Origin: Magallana gigas
Lineage: Eukaryota
Assembly (NCBI RefSeq): GCF_963853765.1
Contig: NC_088856.1
Location: 20,522,001-20,586,000 of the forward strand
DNA length: 64,000 nucleotides
Direction of reading: 5' to 3'
Shown: positions 41,539 to 56,900 of the stretch, one piece after another
Position numbering within the stretch: position 1 is the stretch's first letter
Layout of the letters: each line of letters opens with the position of its first letter
The notes under the pieces: model-generated
Seen by the model: only the letters and a program-made list of their open reading frames with translations
The model's database searches: none
Told to the model about the DNA's origin: nothing
Made by a program: the position numbers and the translations under genes

Positions 41539-43779
41539 CAATCCCAAGTTTTATGAAGAGTTTATTATAAAATTAAATATAATGGTATTTTTTAAATTTT
41601 AAATCCATAGAAATGATATAAAAATATAATTTGGCATGAAATTACTTGTACTTTAGTCCTAAAGCAAAGAGAATTTCATTTCTGAACTCATATCATTCGT
41701 ATGATAGTTTTTAAAAAAAGTTTACTTGTAACCGTTGTATATGTGTTATATTATTAAAGTAAAAAGTAAAAAGCCACCCCTTCTCTCTTTACCCTTATTC
41801 ATTTTTTTATTCTCTCCTATTTCTGTTAAAACCACACTGACAAAAAGCGTTAGTAGAAAACGAACGTATTTATCTGATAATTATGTCAATCGATTCTGAA
41901 ATTATATGTATTTAATCAATTGTGAATTATTTTGATGTATAAGACTATTTAATGCAAGATCATGAAAACAGTTATTATTTCACAACTAAACGTGTTTATA
42001 CTTGTTTATACTTTATACATTTTTGGGGTTCACTTTTGATAATTTTGTATATGTTTTACGTGTTAACATTGGACTGATGAAATAATCCATCTTCAACTTT
42101 TTAAGTGATTTTAAATTTTCAAATATAGATTTCGGAATGCTTATAGTTACGATTGGAATAAATTAAATTTTACAATCTGTATATTGTACATTGCACATAT
42201 ATATGTAAACATATGTTTCAGGTTTTAAAAATGACATGTGTGATGTATTCAATTAGCGTGTTACCAATCTAAATAGAATTATTAAAAAGTGTTAATCATA
42301 TAACAGGGTATTACGAATGATTTTGTCAGAAATGTCCTTAAACATCATCACAATTATTATTTGTTTCCATTTTTTCTATTAGTTACAGGAACAGCACCAA
42401 AATATTACGTAAACTTATGAAATTATTTGTCTACGGAATTCTTGGACTGCAAAACCTCTCAATTTGAAATAATACTTTAAAAATTACTTTTGTATTTTAA
42501 ATAATATTTGAAAAATGAAAATTTTAGATATTTTACCATTTTCTTGGGAAAATTACAGATCATAAACTAAAGATACTTCGCTTTCAAAAATATGCTTTTA
42601 AAACTAATATGATGATTTCATAAATAATATTGAATTCAAACATGCACATATTGCAGTCAGTGTAAAACTGACTATCGACCACCAAGTATCATAGGATTAA
42701 ACTGTGCCATTCAGTCAACGGAAATATCCGAAAGGTCTGGAAAGGTTACTAATAGAAATAAAATGACATTCAGTCACCTTGATGACTGAATGGCAGAGTT
42801 TCATTCTGTGAATATTTTTGCATGTAGCTTCTAAAATAATTTTTGATGGCGTTTAAAGTTGAATTTTAAAGTTAGATTTAGGTTAAATTAAGTTTTATTA
42901 AGGGTTATTAAGTTTTTATCATTTATAAAGTTTAATTAACGTGCTAAACAAGTATCGCTTTCGCCGTGTTGAACCGAATATGTATCATTCTAATAGTAAT
43001 ACGAACGGCTGGATAATCGCACAAGCAGCAATATGCTATAGCATTGAACGCGCTTTATTCAATTTGTCTGCTCACCTAACGGCAGTTATTGACACGACGA
43101 CGTCAAAAATAAATCATTTAATGGTAATATTTACATTACCTTACTGATGAAATCAATTATTTACCTAAATAAATCGATATAAATTGCATATAACGGAGGG
43201 ACTAAATTAGTAACAGCAAGAACAGCTGTTTTATAAAACTGGTTCAAACTGGTTATCTAATAGACTGTTGAGATAAGATCAACTGGCATGAACATAAAAT
43301 CCATGAAAATTAACTCTTAAGATTTTGTTTTTAATAATGAAGTCAACTTTTTTAGAATAACTGTAAAACATGGTGTTTTGACAAATTTATAAATTATGTT
43401 TTCTCATTGATAACATAGAAATCACTGTTTGAGAACTACTTATGTAAATTACTTGTAAATCCATACTCAGTGAATAGGTGTTGCATTAAGAGGCATTTAA
43501 ACATCACAGATTTTAATGGAAAAACATAGTAGAATGTAAATATATCGTTTTATTAACCAACTGATCTTTATTGAGAGCCAATTCAACTGAATAATGAACA
43601 AAATGCTGTTTATGAAACTATACCCTAGCTAAAGCTAATGATTCAATCACATAAAGGTACCAACAAAATCAATACTCATCAGCATGCGCATTAACTAACA
43701 CATCATATTTCACGCTCACTTCAGACGCTGGATTCTGTTGGTTGATTTCAGATAAAGTGAAGTTCTTACAACTGTCATT

Positions 43780-46551
43780 ATGTCCAAAAATATAGGACTA
43801 ATATTATTGTTATTCAAGTTTTCAGCAGTTGGTAAGTTTTATGACTTTTAACGAATGAAGTTTATCAAAGATAATGCAATGTACCTCGAATTTATCTAAT
43901 ACTAATTTAGTTACTTTTGGTAGACACTATTTGGCATCTGTAATTGACTGAAAAAAATGATTCGAAAAATATTTAAACCAAACGTACCTTAGCTTATCTT
44001 ATTAAATATCAGGTTTTTCCGTTCCATTATGATTAAGAACAAGAAGAACGAATAACTAATTATGACCAATGTAGCATTATTATACACAAACCATTTCGTT
44101 TGTAAGTATTGAAACATAATTCTTATCCTAGTGTTAATTCAATTATGCAATGTCTTTTTTAATAGTTTGTACTATGGGTTTGGATACATATAGATCGAAC
44201 TGGTTTGACTTAGTAGTTCTTGACAACTCCCAGTCGTCATCACTGCATGGTTATCTGAACCTAGAGATAGCAAGTTCATCAAGTACCCATTGTGCTACTA
44301 GATGCATCGGAAATCAAAACTGTCAGTCTTTTCTTCTGGATAAATCGTCTGGAATTTGTAAGCTGTTCAATAGAGGTGTTGACCCCCGCTCTGGAAAAGA
44401 TACTGGGACATTATCCGTTTATACAAAGCGAGGTATGCCTACCCTTTTAACGTGTATCGGTATACTAATTGATTTCATTTATGTTCGATAGTCATTAGTT
44501 TAGCTAGTATTAAAAGGTAACCAATGTTTGCATTTAAGATAATTCTGAATCATGAAAACTTGCAAGTTCTATAGAACATTTGATTACCGTTGAAGAATTT
44601 TGGATGTTAATTGCCATAAAGATAAACGATATTAAGCAACTATCTATTGACACAAGAAACGTTTTTACTTTTTAAACATGTAAATGCCCTGAAAACAATA
44701 TGTAACTAAAAGGTTTATTTGATTTACAGTTATATTAATTTACTTCAGCATGTCGACAAGGAACACAATTTCTCTCTGATCTTTGGTATTCTATAATGTA
44801 TGTCCCTGACCAATTTTTATACAATGAATTATAGAAAATCTTTCATGATTTTATAAATTGTGAGAGAATGCAATGAGGATATATGACACTTCCTGATTTG
44901 TGTCAATAATTTAAACCGTTTGTTATCGCAATTATTCAAAAAACATTATCTATTATTTATATGGACTATACTTCATAGCAGCATTTTTTCCTCAAAATAT
45001 TCAAATACATATCAAATCAAATATAATTTTGTCCACTTGAATAGTAAAACGTTCTTTTTTTAATCTAAAATGTGAAAAATAATTTATAAATTAAATTGGT
45101 TTTCGATTTTAAAGCTACTTGTGAAGATATAGGCTATGTCACATTGAAATCTGCAAATAAATGTCTGAAGAGCCTTCATACACCCCTCTCTTGGATCAAT
45201 GCCAACGAAACTTGTGTAATGGAGGGAGGAAGTCTTATCAGCATTACTACAACCAATATGTTGGAGGAAGTTTATAATTTGACTACCGCTACTGGTAAAT
45301 ATTTGCTTATTTACGCCAAAAGGAATATTATTTATATTAATTTATGTAAAATCTTCTGGTAGGGTTTAGAGTAACATCAGCTAAAATATGAGGTTGTAGT
45401 GCAGATGAATTTTAAGATATGACTGATTATGATATATTAATGTACATGGATTTTTTCAGTAGTTTCCGTGTATGGTATAAGTATTCCACATAGAATTTCA
45501 TTTACAGTAAATATCCTGCCTTTGTTTTGCAGTTTTTGATTAAATGTTGCTCCTAAATTAACGTTATAATTCAGGAGTCAGAAATTTTTTCTAAACATTG
45601 TCTCAATTGTTGTTGATTTTTGGTGATCTTTGTTGATATTTTATTTCATTGGTGATGGGCAGGGTAGGTGTATGGCTTTTTTTTTAATTTCATACTTAAT
45701 GCCTACATTGAATTTTCTCTGAAAAAAAAATGATGAATGGGGAAAACTGCGCGCGGTGCCAAGAGTATTTCCGAATGGAAAAAGATGTAAACATTTCCCG
45801 TTATAAGTCTTCGTAATATAACTGATGATATGTCAATGAAGAAATCTTGGCTTTGTACCTTTCTTGGATGGAATTGTGCCTCATTGTCAGATATGTTTGC
45901 TTTGGTTAAAAATCGTCAAAAAGTGGTAGAAGCAAAACTTTTGGACAGGATATAGTATTTATATATTATTTATTTAAGAATTTAGATCAATAAAGCATCG
46001 GACGGGTGCCTTTGAAAGTGGCAGGGTATTGTGTTACAATATGTAGATAGTCTAGAATCATAGATTCAATAGTTATTCTCTGGAAATATGTGTAACCTGG
46101 ACAACAGGGTGTAATGTTACTTTTGTACAAAAAAAAATTAAAAATGATATTCTTTTATTGTTCTGAAAAAAACCCCCATTATTTTACAAAAGGTGTAAGA
46201 AAGAGAAGAAATAATTTTAATATGAAGAACAATACACAATGCAAAATCTCAATAAGGTGTTTCAAACATAATACAATGTATTTTCATTAATACGTATTTT
46301 TCTTAGTTAGTCTGCTTTTTAATACAGATCCATCCTTAACGTTAGTTCACATCGATGGAAATGATTTCAATCAAGAAGGAAATTGGGTTTATAATAACGG
46401 ATTGCCGATGTCTTTTCTGCCTTGGGATTTTGGTCAACCCCAGGGAGGAATGAGTGAGAATTGTATGCTCCTTTTAAATGGAAAATTTCACGATGCGCCA
46501 TGTGATAGTTTTGCATTGAAATTTTTGTGTGAAAGACTTTTGGTAATTTAA
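43780..46551 (+). CDS. Secreted PAN/Apple + C-type lectin domain protein, paralog 2
   Basis: Exons 43780-43831 (MSKNIGLILLLFKFSAVG), 44166-44432, 45115-45294 and 46328-46551 (DPSLTLVHIDGND..GNWVY..QPQ..ENC..HDAPC..FLCE). The last exon is missing from the ORF track. Confidence 0.88.
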
Positions 46552-49500
46552 CCAAAATAAATTTCAACGTTCTTGGTGTTTATGTTATTATGCAAAAATG
46601 AAAAAGAACTCATTTTGAATTTTCTGAAGTTGATATCTTAAGGTTTATTTCATTTTTAATTTGACTTTTTTTATTGTTGTTAACAAAAAAAAAAATTCAC
46701 AGATATTTACATTGTTATTAATCATGATAATATATTAATATCTTATTATATTTATTTCTAGAAAGCCTCAGATTATTAATTGGTATTTTTCCATTTTTTA
46801 TTTTGTTTCATCAAATATTTGATATTTGAAAATAGAATACTTTCTCATCAGTATATCAGAGACGATATCTGGTTACCCTGTGTTGTAAAAAAGTCCTCAT
46901 TTTTTTCCCAACAAACTTATGAAATAATCAAAACTTATTTCATTTTTCATATTTCTTTTTGTTTTAAATCAGTTACATGATTACTAGAGGGCATGTATAC
47001 AATAAATAGCAAAACCTGCATTTTAGAAAACGCATATATGAATGTATTTAACTTCATTTTCCAATATAAGTTCATGACAGAACTATAGGATTTGTTAAAA
47101 ATAAGTGGGTGTGAACTTACTAATTTTTTATACTGATACTCGTGTATATCACGCATTGATAATGTAATATTATTTTTGTTGTTTGTTTGACGTGGCTGCA
47201 TATGCAATTTTCCTTATTTTTTTTTTTAAATCCATTATATGTAAGCCGTGTTTAAAGAATGTGTTATTTCTCATTGCTAAATATTATGTTGACTGGTCAG
47301 CTTTTTGCCCTATACAATGTTATGTGATACTAATATATTAACAGTCCGCGTCTAATCTTGTGTATATCGTTTTTTGTACGAAGACTCACCCTATTCCATC
47401 GATATGTTCTTTTTATTTGTAAGGTAACTAACCCAAACACAACTCGATGATAATGGGCATTACTGCAATAATGACGGTGTTATTATGCTGGTTTTGACAT
47501 AATTTACAGCTGCGCATTAAATAGGAGATCACCCACTCAATTTCCAAAACGCTTTTTTACATTGTAATAACTAAAACTTACTAAAAATAATAATTCTTTT
47601 CTTATTTTCTTTTTTAAGAATACTTTTTGAAAAGACAATAGCATCATCTTCACCTTTTTAGAAAAAAAGTAAGCTGTCATCTTTAATAAAAGTTGATGTA
47701 ACGTACATTTAAGGCAAGGGTAATTGTTGAGGTGGAAGGATAATATATATTTTTCTTATTATTTCATTCTGCTCAGGAATTTTAATGAAAGAAATGAGTT
47801 AATTCACATATTTAGAAAAAAAACCAAATAAACTGTCTATCAAAGTTAAGATATTGTGAAAGCATTTAGAAATATTTCAGGCAGTTAATGGAGTTATTTT
47901 CCCTTGTTTCTTCAAAATGGAGTTATCTTCCTTGTTCATATTAAGTAATTCTTCATTGAATATAATGTAATTAAGAAGTTGTATGATCACAAGAGTTATG
48001 CATGCAAGTATTCTTATCATTTGAACAAAAACAGTTTTTCGAACTTTCTAAAAAAACCCAAATAGAATTGTTAATAGTAAAAAAATGATTGGCTAACCAA
48101 ATTCACTGATAAACAGTACATTTAAGATGATTTTGGCATAATTACCACATGATCATAAATAAAGATTAATTATTAAAAAATCAAACAGGAGAAGTGAGTA
48201 ACATTTTATAGCATTTAATTTTTTGGGGGGGTTTAAATGGCCAGAGGAGTTTCTCTCTGCCCCTGAGGTTTGGGGATGGGAGGTTGTTTTCAAATAAAGC
48301 ATGACTGTATACTAGCCACCTTGTTTTAGTTTATCTATGAAAACATTTACACATAAAACCTCTCTTGAAAGTTACCAATGAAGGGGAGATTATTTTCTAT
48401 CAGAGTCTTGCATTTTTCAATATCAGGTCCTGCACTCTATTATATCTTCAAGTTTTTTGCTAAAATTAAAGGTTTTATAGTCGTTTTTGAAAGGTTTCGG
48501 GCAAGGAGCTGGTCATCATTACACCATCATAATTTTTCTACTCCAGAATGAAACTTATTGAAATGCATATGCATGTATGAGACTCCTCGACAAATTTAAG
48601 TATGGGTTATGGTCTTGTTTAAACAACACTCCAGGTTTCTACAAGATATCTTATCACGAATAGCATGAAGCTAAAATCGTATTGATTTCTTAAATATTAC
48701 TTAACCTTTTCAAAATTGTGTCACTGTGGTGTTGACTTAAATGATAAATAAATTTAGACATAAACCAATTCTGTAAACACATTAAAATATGTTTAATTTG
48801 TTTTTAAAACTACGGTATGTTATAATAGATGGTACACACTTAAAATGAACTTACTTTATATTGCAAAATATATCAGTTTGTTCCACTTATGCCTACATTT
48901 ACTGCTAACATTCAAACATATTTGTGTTGGTCAGAATAAAAGGACACTAATGTTTATGTATCCATTTTCTAACCAATTGACCTACATGACTGTTATCACA
49001 ATCTGAAATGGGTTTGTCATAGTGTAAGGAAAAAATAATAATTTATTTAACTGGAATTCTTATATTGATGTCAGAAAAATCGGGAAAAAATAACTCCCAT
49101 AACCATGTTATAAGGTTATTGATTAAAAATTTGGTTTATCCGCACACTATAGGATTTATGTTATAAGTTGATGTTGTTTTTATATGTTTTGAAAGTTGGG
49201 GTCATCGTTTTTGGATAAATCGGCTTGGTTTGATAAACGCATCATTGACAGCTTCCACTGGTCATCATTGCAAAGTCTTTTGTACGGGGAGTCACCGGGG
49301 TGACGTCGGTATACAATATGATACAAACCTGAAACACCAGATGTGTTTATTCCTTATGGGCAACTAGCCGTCTACAGTTTGTAACCATTCTAATTCAGGT
49401 GTTGGCATCTTTCCTGGGTGACCCTCGGGAATTTCCCTAATTTATTTAAAACAAGGCATTATATGTAAGTAACGTCAATTTAATTTGTAAGTTAACTAAA

Positions 49501-50064
49501 TAATAAATAGGACGGATCTGACAAAATTCCTAATAACAGTGTACATATTTTCTAGGACATTTTTTTTTTACAATTTAGAATCACGAATATATACGTCTAG
49601 CATTATGCCGTAATTGATGTTTCTTTTACTGTTAAAAGAGAACAATTATAATTTCGTCAATTCAGTGGTAATTATTGTTTTACGTTACTTGCACAAAAAT
49701 TGAATACATTAGCTTAAAATCTTCTAATAAGCGTTCGAATCTATTTAGCACAATGACATCTTAAATGGATGCCAACAGCACTTGTGTTCTGAATAGTGAT
49801 CTTTTCAGCATAAAGAAAGAAAAAGAGTTTAAGCTATGAAAATGTATGTTAGCAAATGTGTTCATTAATGGATAAGTAACTTACCAAAGTCCGGTCACAC
49901 AATCCAATATGAAGATTAGATTTCTATGTACTTCGCTAATCTAGGTGATTTTTTCGCCCTTTGTGTATATCTCCAATGGTATTACGTTTTCATTCAGGAT
50001 GTGTTCTCCCATATTAATTTTACTCGGGTGTACTCGCCTCAATATTGTATCATTTACCATTTAG

Positions 50065-52290
50065 GAACCACCAAGTGAACAGGCGACGTTGTTTCAACGT
50101 TTAACGTTGAGGGATGGTTGAAATCAGGTTGCAACGTTGATCAAACATTACTCAACCTTCAATCAACGTTGAATCAACTACGTTGAAAAAACGTTTTATT
50201 AAACGAAACTGAACACATAATTTCTAATTTGAACGCTTGAAAACAAGCATGGCTACCATTTGGCGGAATGTACACTTGGTTTCTTTATTATTATTTTTCT
50301 ACAGAATTATGTTAAATATTATTAAATGACAGGTTCGACTCTTTAACAAGGACTTTATCCACATTTCCTAGTTAACACAACAACGTTCTCACAACGTTTT
50401 AAAAACGTTGTAGGAATGTTACCAAAACATTTTTAAAAACGTTATTACAACGTGAATCTGTGTGGTTTTTTGTTACATTATTATAATACTTTTATAAAAC
50501 ATTTCTAAGAAATGTTTACAAACATTTTTAAAAACGTTATTACAATGTGAATCTGTGTGGTTTTTGTTATGTTATAATAACATTTTCTAAAAACATTTCT
50601 AAGAAATGTTTACAAACATTTTCTTAACATTGTTAGTTATCATTTAGGGAACTTTTTAAAATCATTTCCATTTCCTTATAAAACTTTCTTTCTACTTTAA
50701 TTTAAAACCTATGGTTTTAAATACAATAGTTTTAAGTGTTAAAGACATGAGCCTAAGACATTTTCATACACACGAAAACAACATCATTTAAATTTTCCAA
50801 CTGTTTTATCACATAACTATACTTCACAAAATGAACGATATAAATCCGCAGTTTAACCCATTGTCATAAGATATCAAGACTTCTTAGTATCCCAATGGTT
50901 ACAATTTCACAATTGTCTGAAAAGTTTACACACATTTCGATTGTTATAGTTGCAACAGATGTGTTTCACTGAATTTCTTATCCCTGAAAAAAAAACCCCA
51001 CAAAATAAAACATCTGGTCAGTGGAATTGAATCATTAAAATTGTTCTCCTGTGTTGCAATTAGCAAGTTCAATCAACAATTGCATGTAGTTTATATAAAA
51101 AAAACATATATATTGCTGGGAAATAAATTTCAAATACCTATATGCTTGATACTCCATGAAAGTCATATCTTAGGCTAACATCAACACAATGAAACTAAAC
51201 TTCTCACTCTGGAACGGTACACTGTAGTCAAGCTATGGGAGCAACCCCTAGTATATTGTAAAATATAATAACTGTATTTAAAAGTTGAAAATAACATGGT
51301 ACTGGAATGACAACAAATGGGTTGCATATTGCAAGCATATGTACACATGCATTGCCAATTACATAACAGCATAGCAGTATATAGATATGACATGGCTTAG
51401 CGCATTCAGTTAAATGTACATGTGCACACTACCCAAGTTATTATTCTGCATTGAAAGATAAAAAATACTTACATTTACCGAAAATACCTCCCATTCTAAA
51501 TCCTTGCTCTTTGTAAAATGGTGTGGGTTTTTAAAAATGCTGACCAACTCAGATAACAAATAGCGCGGAAACTGAATAACTGGATCGGCTGCTATCACTC
51601 TGGCCATTGCATCCCGCTGTGACATTCAATTAACCAAATGTCCTGCACTCTAAGTATTTTCATATATTGTCCACTGTTGTTTAATCAAACTGCATGTTTA
51701 TCATAGTCTGTCTTTTTAATATTTAAATTCTTAAAAATACAACAAACAGTATAAATATGAAAATCCATAAATCTGGTTTTTTAACAAAGATATTTAATAT
51801 ACAATCTTCTAAAATGTAATTACATGTATTGCGTAACTTTTATATTGTAAATAGCATGTATGACTGAGGTATGCCAATCTTGAGCATTTAAAAGAGAAAA
51901 AAAAAGCAATTCGATTATTTACTAGGTATTTTAAAAACGCTATGAAACATTGCCGGGTAATGTTTTTATTATGCTGTCTTATAACATTTTCTGTATTCTG
52001 TATGATAAGCAGTTTTCTGGTGATATAGAAATATACATATGAAATACCAATACAATGAAAGCAATTTTGGTTAGGAATTTCTAATTGACAGTGCTATAAA
52101 AATCACAAAGGATACATTTTTATAACATATTTTAGAAATGTTTTATGCTAAATAACCATAACATTTTTGATATTGTTTTTACAACGTTGTCAAGTCTAAA
52201 CGGATATGTTTTTAAATGTTGTATTAATAATGTTTTCTTATAACATCCTTACAATAAAAATAAAATGTTTTTAAAACGTCCTAATAATGT
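50065..52290. repeat. AACGTT/AAAACATT-rich interspersed repeat region with a ~92-bp internal tandem duplication; unclassified non-autonomous element(s)
   Basis: Dense AACGTT motifs at 50085-50200, 50380-50450 and 52170-52290. The duplicated unit is at ~50425-50620. Confidence 0.5.
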
Positions 52291-52924
52291 TTTTTTTTTT
52301 TTTTTGTTTTTTTTTTTTGCAAACGCTTTTGGAAATCAACCTTACAACCAGAATATAATGCTATGGAAACGTTTTGTATAATATGCACTGATAAAAAACA
52401 GACAAAGATCCAAAGGAAAAATACAAAACAGGAGTAGAGCAAACACGGACCTCTACAAAAATTAGAGTTAGGATCAGGTGCCATGAAGGAGCCAGTTTCC
52501 TCTGCTGACTGGTTGTACACAAAACACGCAATATTTTTATGGGTACTCCGGATTCTTACCAAATCTATCACTTCCTCGGTTTTATTTCCGTGCCAACTGG
52601 ATATATTAATCAAGGTTTAATTACTTGTTTGTCGAGAGTGAAAACATAAAACCTTTATAGATGAACAATTCTATTTAGTACAAAAGATATAAGGTAGTTC
52701 GCTGTGTTTTATTACCACTCTTTGGCGCCGTATCGACACAGGGATTGTTACTAATACCATAGAGTAAATTGGTAATGCAAAACCTTAAATTAGTGGTTTT
52801 CAGACACTTTCAGTGCCAATCTTATCCCATTGACATTTAAAATTACATTGACCCCTTCCGTTTCCGAAAAAAAATATTAATTTCTATCCCTTTTTTTTGT
52901 TTTTGTATATATCGGACTCCCCGA

Positions 52925-52992
<68 letters not shown>

Positions 52993-53910
52993 CTCTCTCT
53001 ATTAGAACCACTTAATGTTTCGTCGGCGATTCATGCGGGTATGGATAGAGCTTGCAAGCAGTGTAGAAAATACATAACCCGAGTTACAGTGCATTTTATT
53101 AAATAGTTACAAAATTAAAAATTCTTTAAAAAAAGTTTCTCCACAACATGATAATTATTAACTTTAATTGTAAGGGAACCAAAACTATACCTTTAACAAT
53201 ATATAAGTGACAAAAATAGAAAATATGTAAAAAAAAAATAAACTTTGTGAAGAAAAAGACACAAGAGAAAGACTCGCAATGTCTCTAACGATAATAGCTA
53301 GCACAGCTCGGCGACGAGCGAAGCGAGCTCTTAGATTTAGTGCGCGCGGGAAAAAAAACTAGCTTAAGGAGGTTGGCAACTGAAATACTAGTAATAACAA
53401 TCATCCAAAAAAAATCTTGTAAATGAAGATGAGGACCAAACATGTACATTTTTTTATTTGTGACCTATCTTGAACTTTCTTAAAATCTTCAGTATGATAT
53501 TTTCTTAGATATACATTTTGTTATGATGTATATAGCATTAATGATATGTTCATAGAGAAGATTGCAACCATTTGTTAAAATATTTTTTTCATGTTTTACT
53601 TATAAACTTATTCTTATTTAATCTTACGATCACAGAACAATAATATGTTCCTTAAAAAAATTCCTATAATATAAAAAATCTTAATTTCACAGTTTGAATT
53701 TGATTTTTAAAAATTGCATGAATTTTATTTAATCATGTTTTTTTGTAAAACACCTGTTATTGCATCATAAGCACAGGAAAATACACTTCCCTAATTTGCA
53801 ATGTTAAATTTGTTGTTCGTTTTTTTCGTAATTGACAATGGTAATTAAACCCAAAGTTAGTTTTTTTGAAATGGTTATTCCCTTTACTTTGTTATCTGAC
53901 AGTGTGCTTT

Positions 53911-56900
53911 AGCCACTGAAAAAAAACAGTCAATTAACACAGAATCAACAAATTATAGCATGCTTTTTCTTTGTGTACACATGTCCAGCTAAGACTGCAC
54001 GTTCGATGGCACGGGTGCGGTTTTGGATAGCATGCACGTTTCTACCTCACATGTTGACTTTTTGTGAAGTGTAGGTAGCAGCTAATAGTGAGAAGATTAA
54101 CATTCCAGATCTTTCGGTACCTTTGCGTCAAGATAACAAAGACAGTCATACATCCTTGTCGGTGATGATGCAGTTGCTTTGTGGACGTGGATGATGATGC
54201 CATTTTCCAATCATAATCTATTACCTGATGACGGATTTTCAACTATAGCCTGTAGAGGTCAACGAGGGAAGTTGAACATGCTTTATTGGTTTTTGCAAAC
54301 CGCCTCCAAATCTTGTTCACAACTATGCGTAAAAAAAGATATCGTTACAATCATTGCATTTACATGTTGTTTTCTTTATAACCTCATACAAATCCGATAT
54401 TCAATTGACCTCCAGGTGAAATCTCACTATCTCACCCAAAAATAGTAACGTGTGATTATTTTTTCGTATTATTTTACATTATCTAAGTTTCCTGACAACA
54501 TTTTGTTATGGCGTTCTAAATTTTATTTTTGATTTTTTCTTCTATACGCTACAAATAGTGCAGGTCAAGAAAAAGCTTGTTGCATATTTGCTAAAAAATG
54601 AATAGTCATTGGTGGTTTGTTGACTTTATTTAACTATAGAACGAAAAATGAACAAGATGGAACTTAAATGTAAACATTTTATCTTTTAAAGAAATAAACA
54701 CTAGAAACAAAAGTCTTTAAAATAGTTGGATTTGTTCGCTTTCAAATAGTTTTCTATGGAGCTTTAACGAAATATCTTCATGATCATTTAATATACAAAT
54801 TATTAACTTGCTTAAATCACCCTAATATTTTCCTTTCATGCTTAAGAAACAATCCTTTACTGGCTGAGTAATCATATTCCAGTTTTTATTTTTGTCAAAT
54901 TCTAAAGATAAAATCATCGTTATTATATAATAAAATGAGTCAAGATGAGTCAGCAATAATGAAGAAGGCTACACTTCTTAGTTTTCCCCTATAATAGGCT
55001 GGGAATATGATATATATCATTCTGATGTTTTAATGTACTATGTGATGACTACTAGAGTGACTGGTACGTGTAATGCAATTTACAGTGAAAATGAATTGAT
55101 AAATTGGTAAAATCTCGGGAAAAACAATGAGCACTAAAACATTCAGGTCTGTGAATACTTTTTAACAAATTACTTTATTGTAAACAAAAAGATACTAGTG
55201 TGCCCTATCAGTGACTATCCTCTTTAACTATTTAATACCAAAAACTGCTGCAACATATTCATTAAATGATGCCAAATAATAAACCCACCAACAAAAAACC
55301 AATGAAAATGCAGTCAAATCATCTGCAACAAACAGTCAAAGACCCACTGATGATACTTAACACGGTGAGGGAGCCACAAGATCAGCTATCACACCAAACA
55401 AACCCCCTTTAAGGAGAAAGAGAGTTGAGAGTTCAACCTCCGACTCTATCACCGATGACTCTACAACATCATTTGATGACCCCCAACTCAACCAGCTAAG
55501 CTCTTTACTTTACGACCGCACCAACATAATCGGGGCACCAAACAGGTTATCAATTTGATAATGCAGAAACCATTTATCAAAACCTGTATAAGTGAACTTT
55601 TTATGCCCCATATAAAATCCCTTCAAAGTGAGACAAAATAACTAAATGACCCGATCGATGAGATGGAACAGCACTCTCGTAGAACTTGTCTTAAATTCTC
55701 ACCCATTCCTAAGGTAGGAACCAGTGAAAATACTGATAGCTTACAATGTATGTCATCAACCTGGTATTACCCAAGAAGTCATCCAAAATTTGGCTGGACC
55801 GAATAGAAAGAACCCATCGAGTCAGGCTGCGCAAGAATAATGGCAAATCAAGAGACTTAATCCTTCTTAAAAATTACAACCACAATCCGAGTCCTTCATC
55901 AAAGGTTTTCATAAACGAGGCGTTGACTAAACTAAGATTGACTATCCTATTTGAAGCTAGTAAACTTGTCCCCTAACAAGCTTGTCAATAGTGTGTGGAC
56001 TTATGATGGTCGCATCATTGTTAAACTGGATTAAAACCGAGCAATATTCACATCAGAGGATGACCTTGAAAAACTGCAAATGCGTCTGGAGCATCCCTTT
56101 GAATATGATGAGCACTTGGCCACTTATACTCTCGTCTCTGCAAGGGATTTAGTCGTTTAGTCGTGATGAATTCTGGCTACTAAAGCTGTTGCTCCATAGC
56201 CGCCAACATCTCTTGGTCTTTTTCAGTTTGGCCAACGTTATAACCTATTCCCAAAAATCGAACAAACGATCTGTATATTTTCATTTTAACACTCGCATGT
56301 ATTTTTTCATCATTGTAACTTAGAAGCATAACAATTTATGTTTTCTGTATGCATAACTGAAAAGCCACTGAAAAAAAACAGTCAATTAACACAGAATCAA
56401 CAAATTATAGCATGCTTTTTCTTTGTGTACACATGTCCAGCTAAGACTGCACGTTCGATGGCACGGGTGCGGTTTTGGATAGCATGCACGTTTCTACCTC
56501 ACATGTTGACTTTTTGTGAAGTGTAGGTAGCAGCTAATAGTGAGAAGATTAACATTCCAGATCTTTCGGTACCTTTGCGTCAAGATAACAAAGACAGTCA
56601 TACATCCTTGTCGGTGATGATGCAGTTGCTTTGTGGACGTGGATGATGATGCCATTTTCCAATCATAATCTATTACCTGATGACGGATTTTCAACTATAG
56701 CCTGTAGAGGTCAACGAGGGAAGTTGAAATTGCTTTATTGGTTTTTGCAAACCGCCTCCAAATCTTGTTCACAACTATGCGTAAAAAAAGATATCGTTAC
56801 AATCATTGCATTTACATGTTGTTTTCTTTATAACCTCATACAAATCCGATATTCAATTGACCTCCAGGTGAAATCTCACTATCTCACCCAAAAATAGTAA

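Noticed and set aside
50880-51625. Small spliced minus-strand gene (MSQRDAMARVIAADP...) inside the AACGTT-rich region
   Set aside because: There is a plausible donor, but no downstream exon joined in frame without stops and no domain was recognisable.
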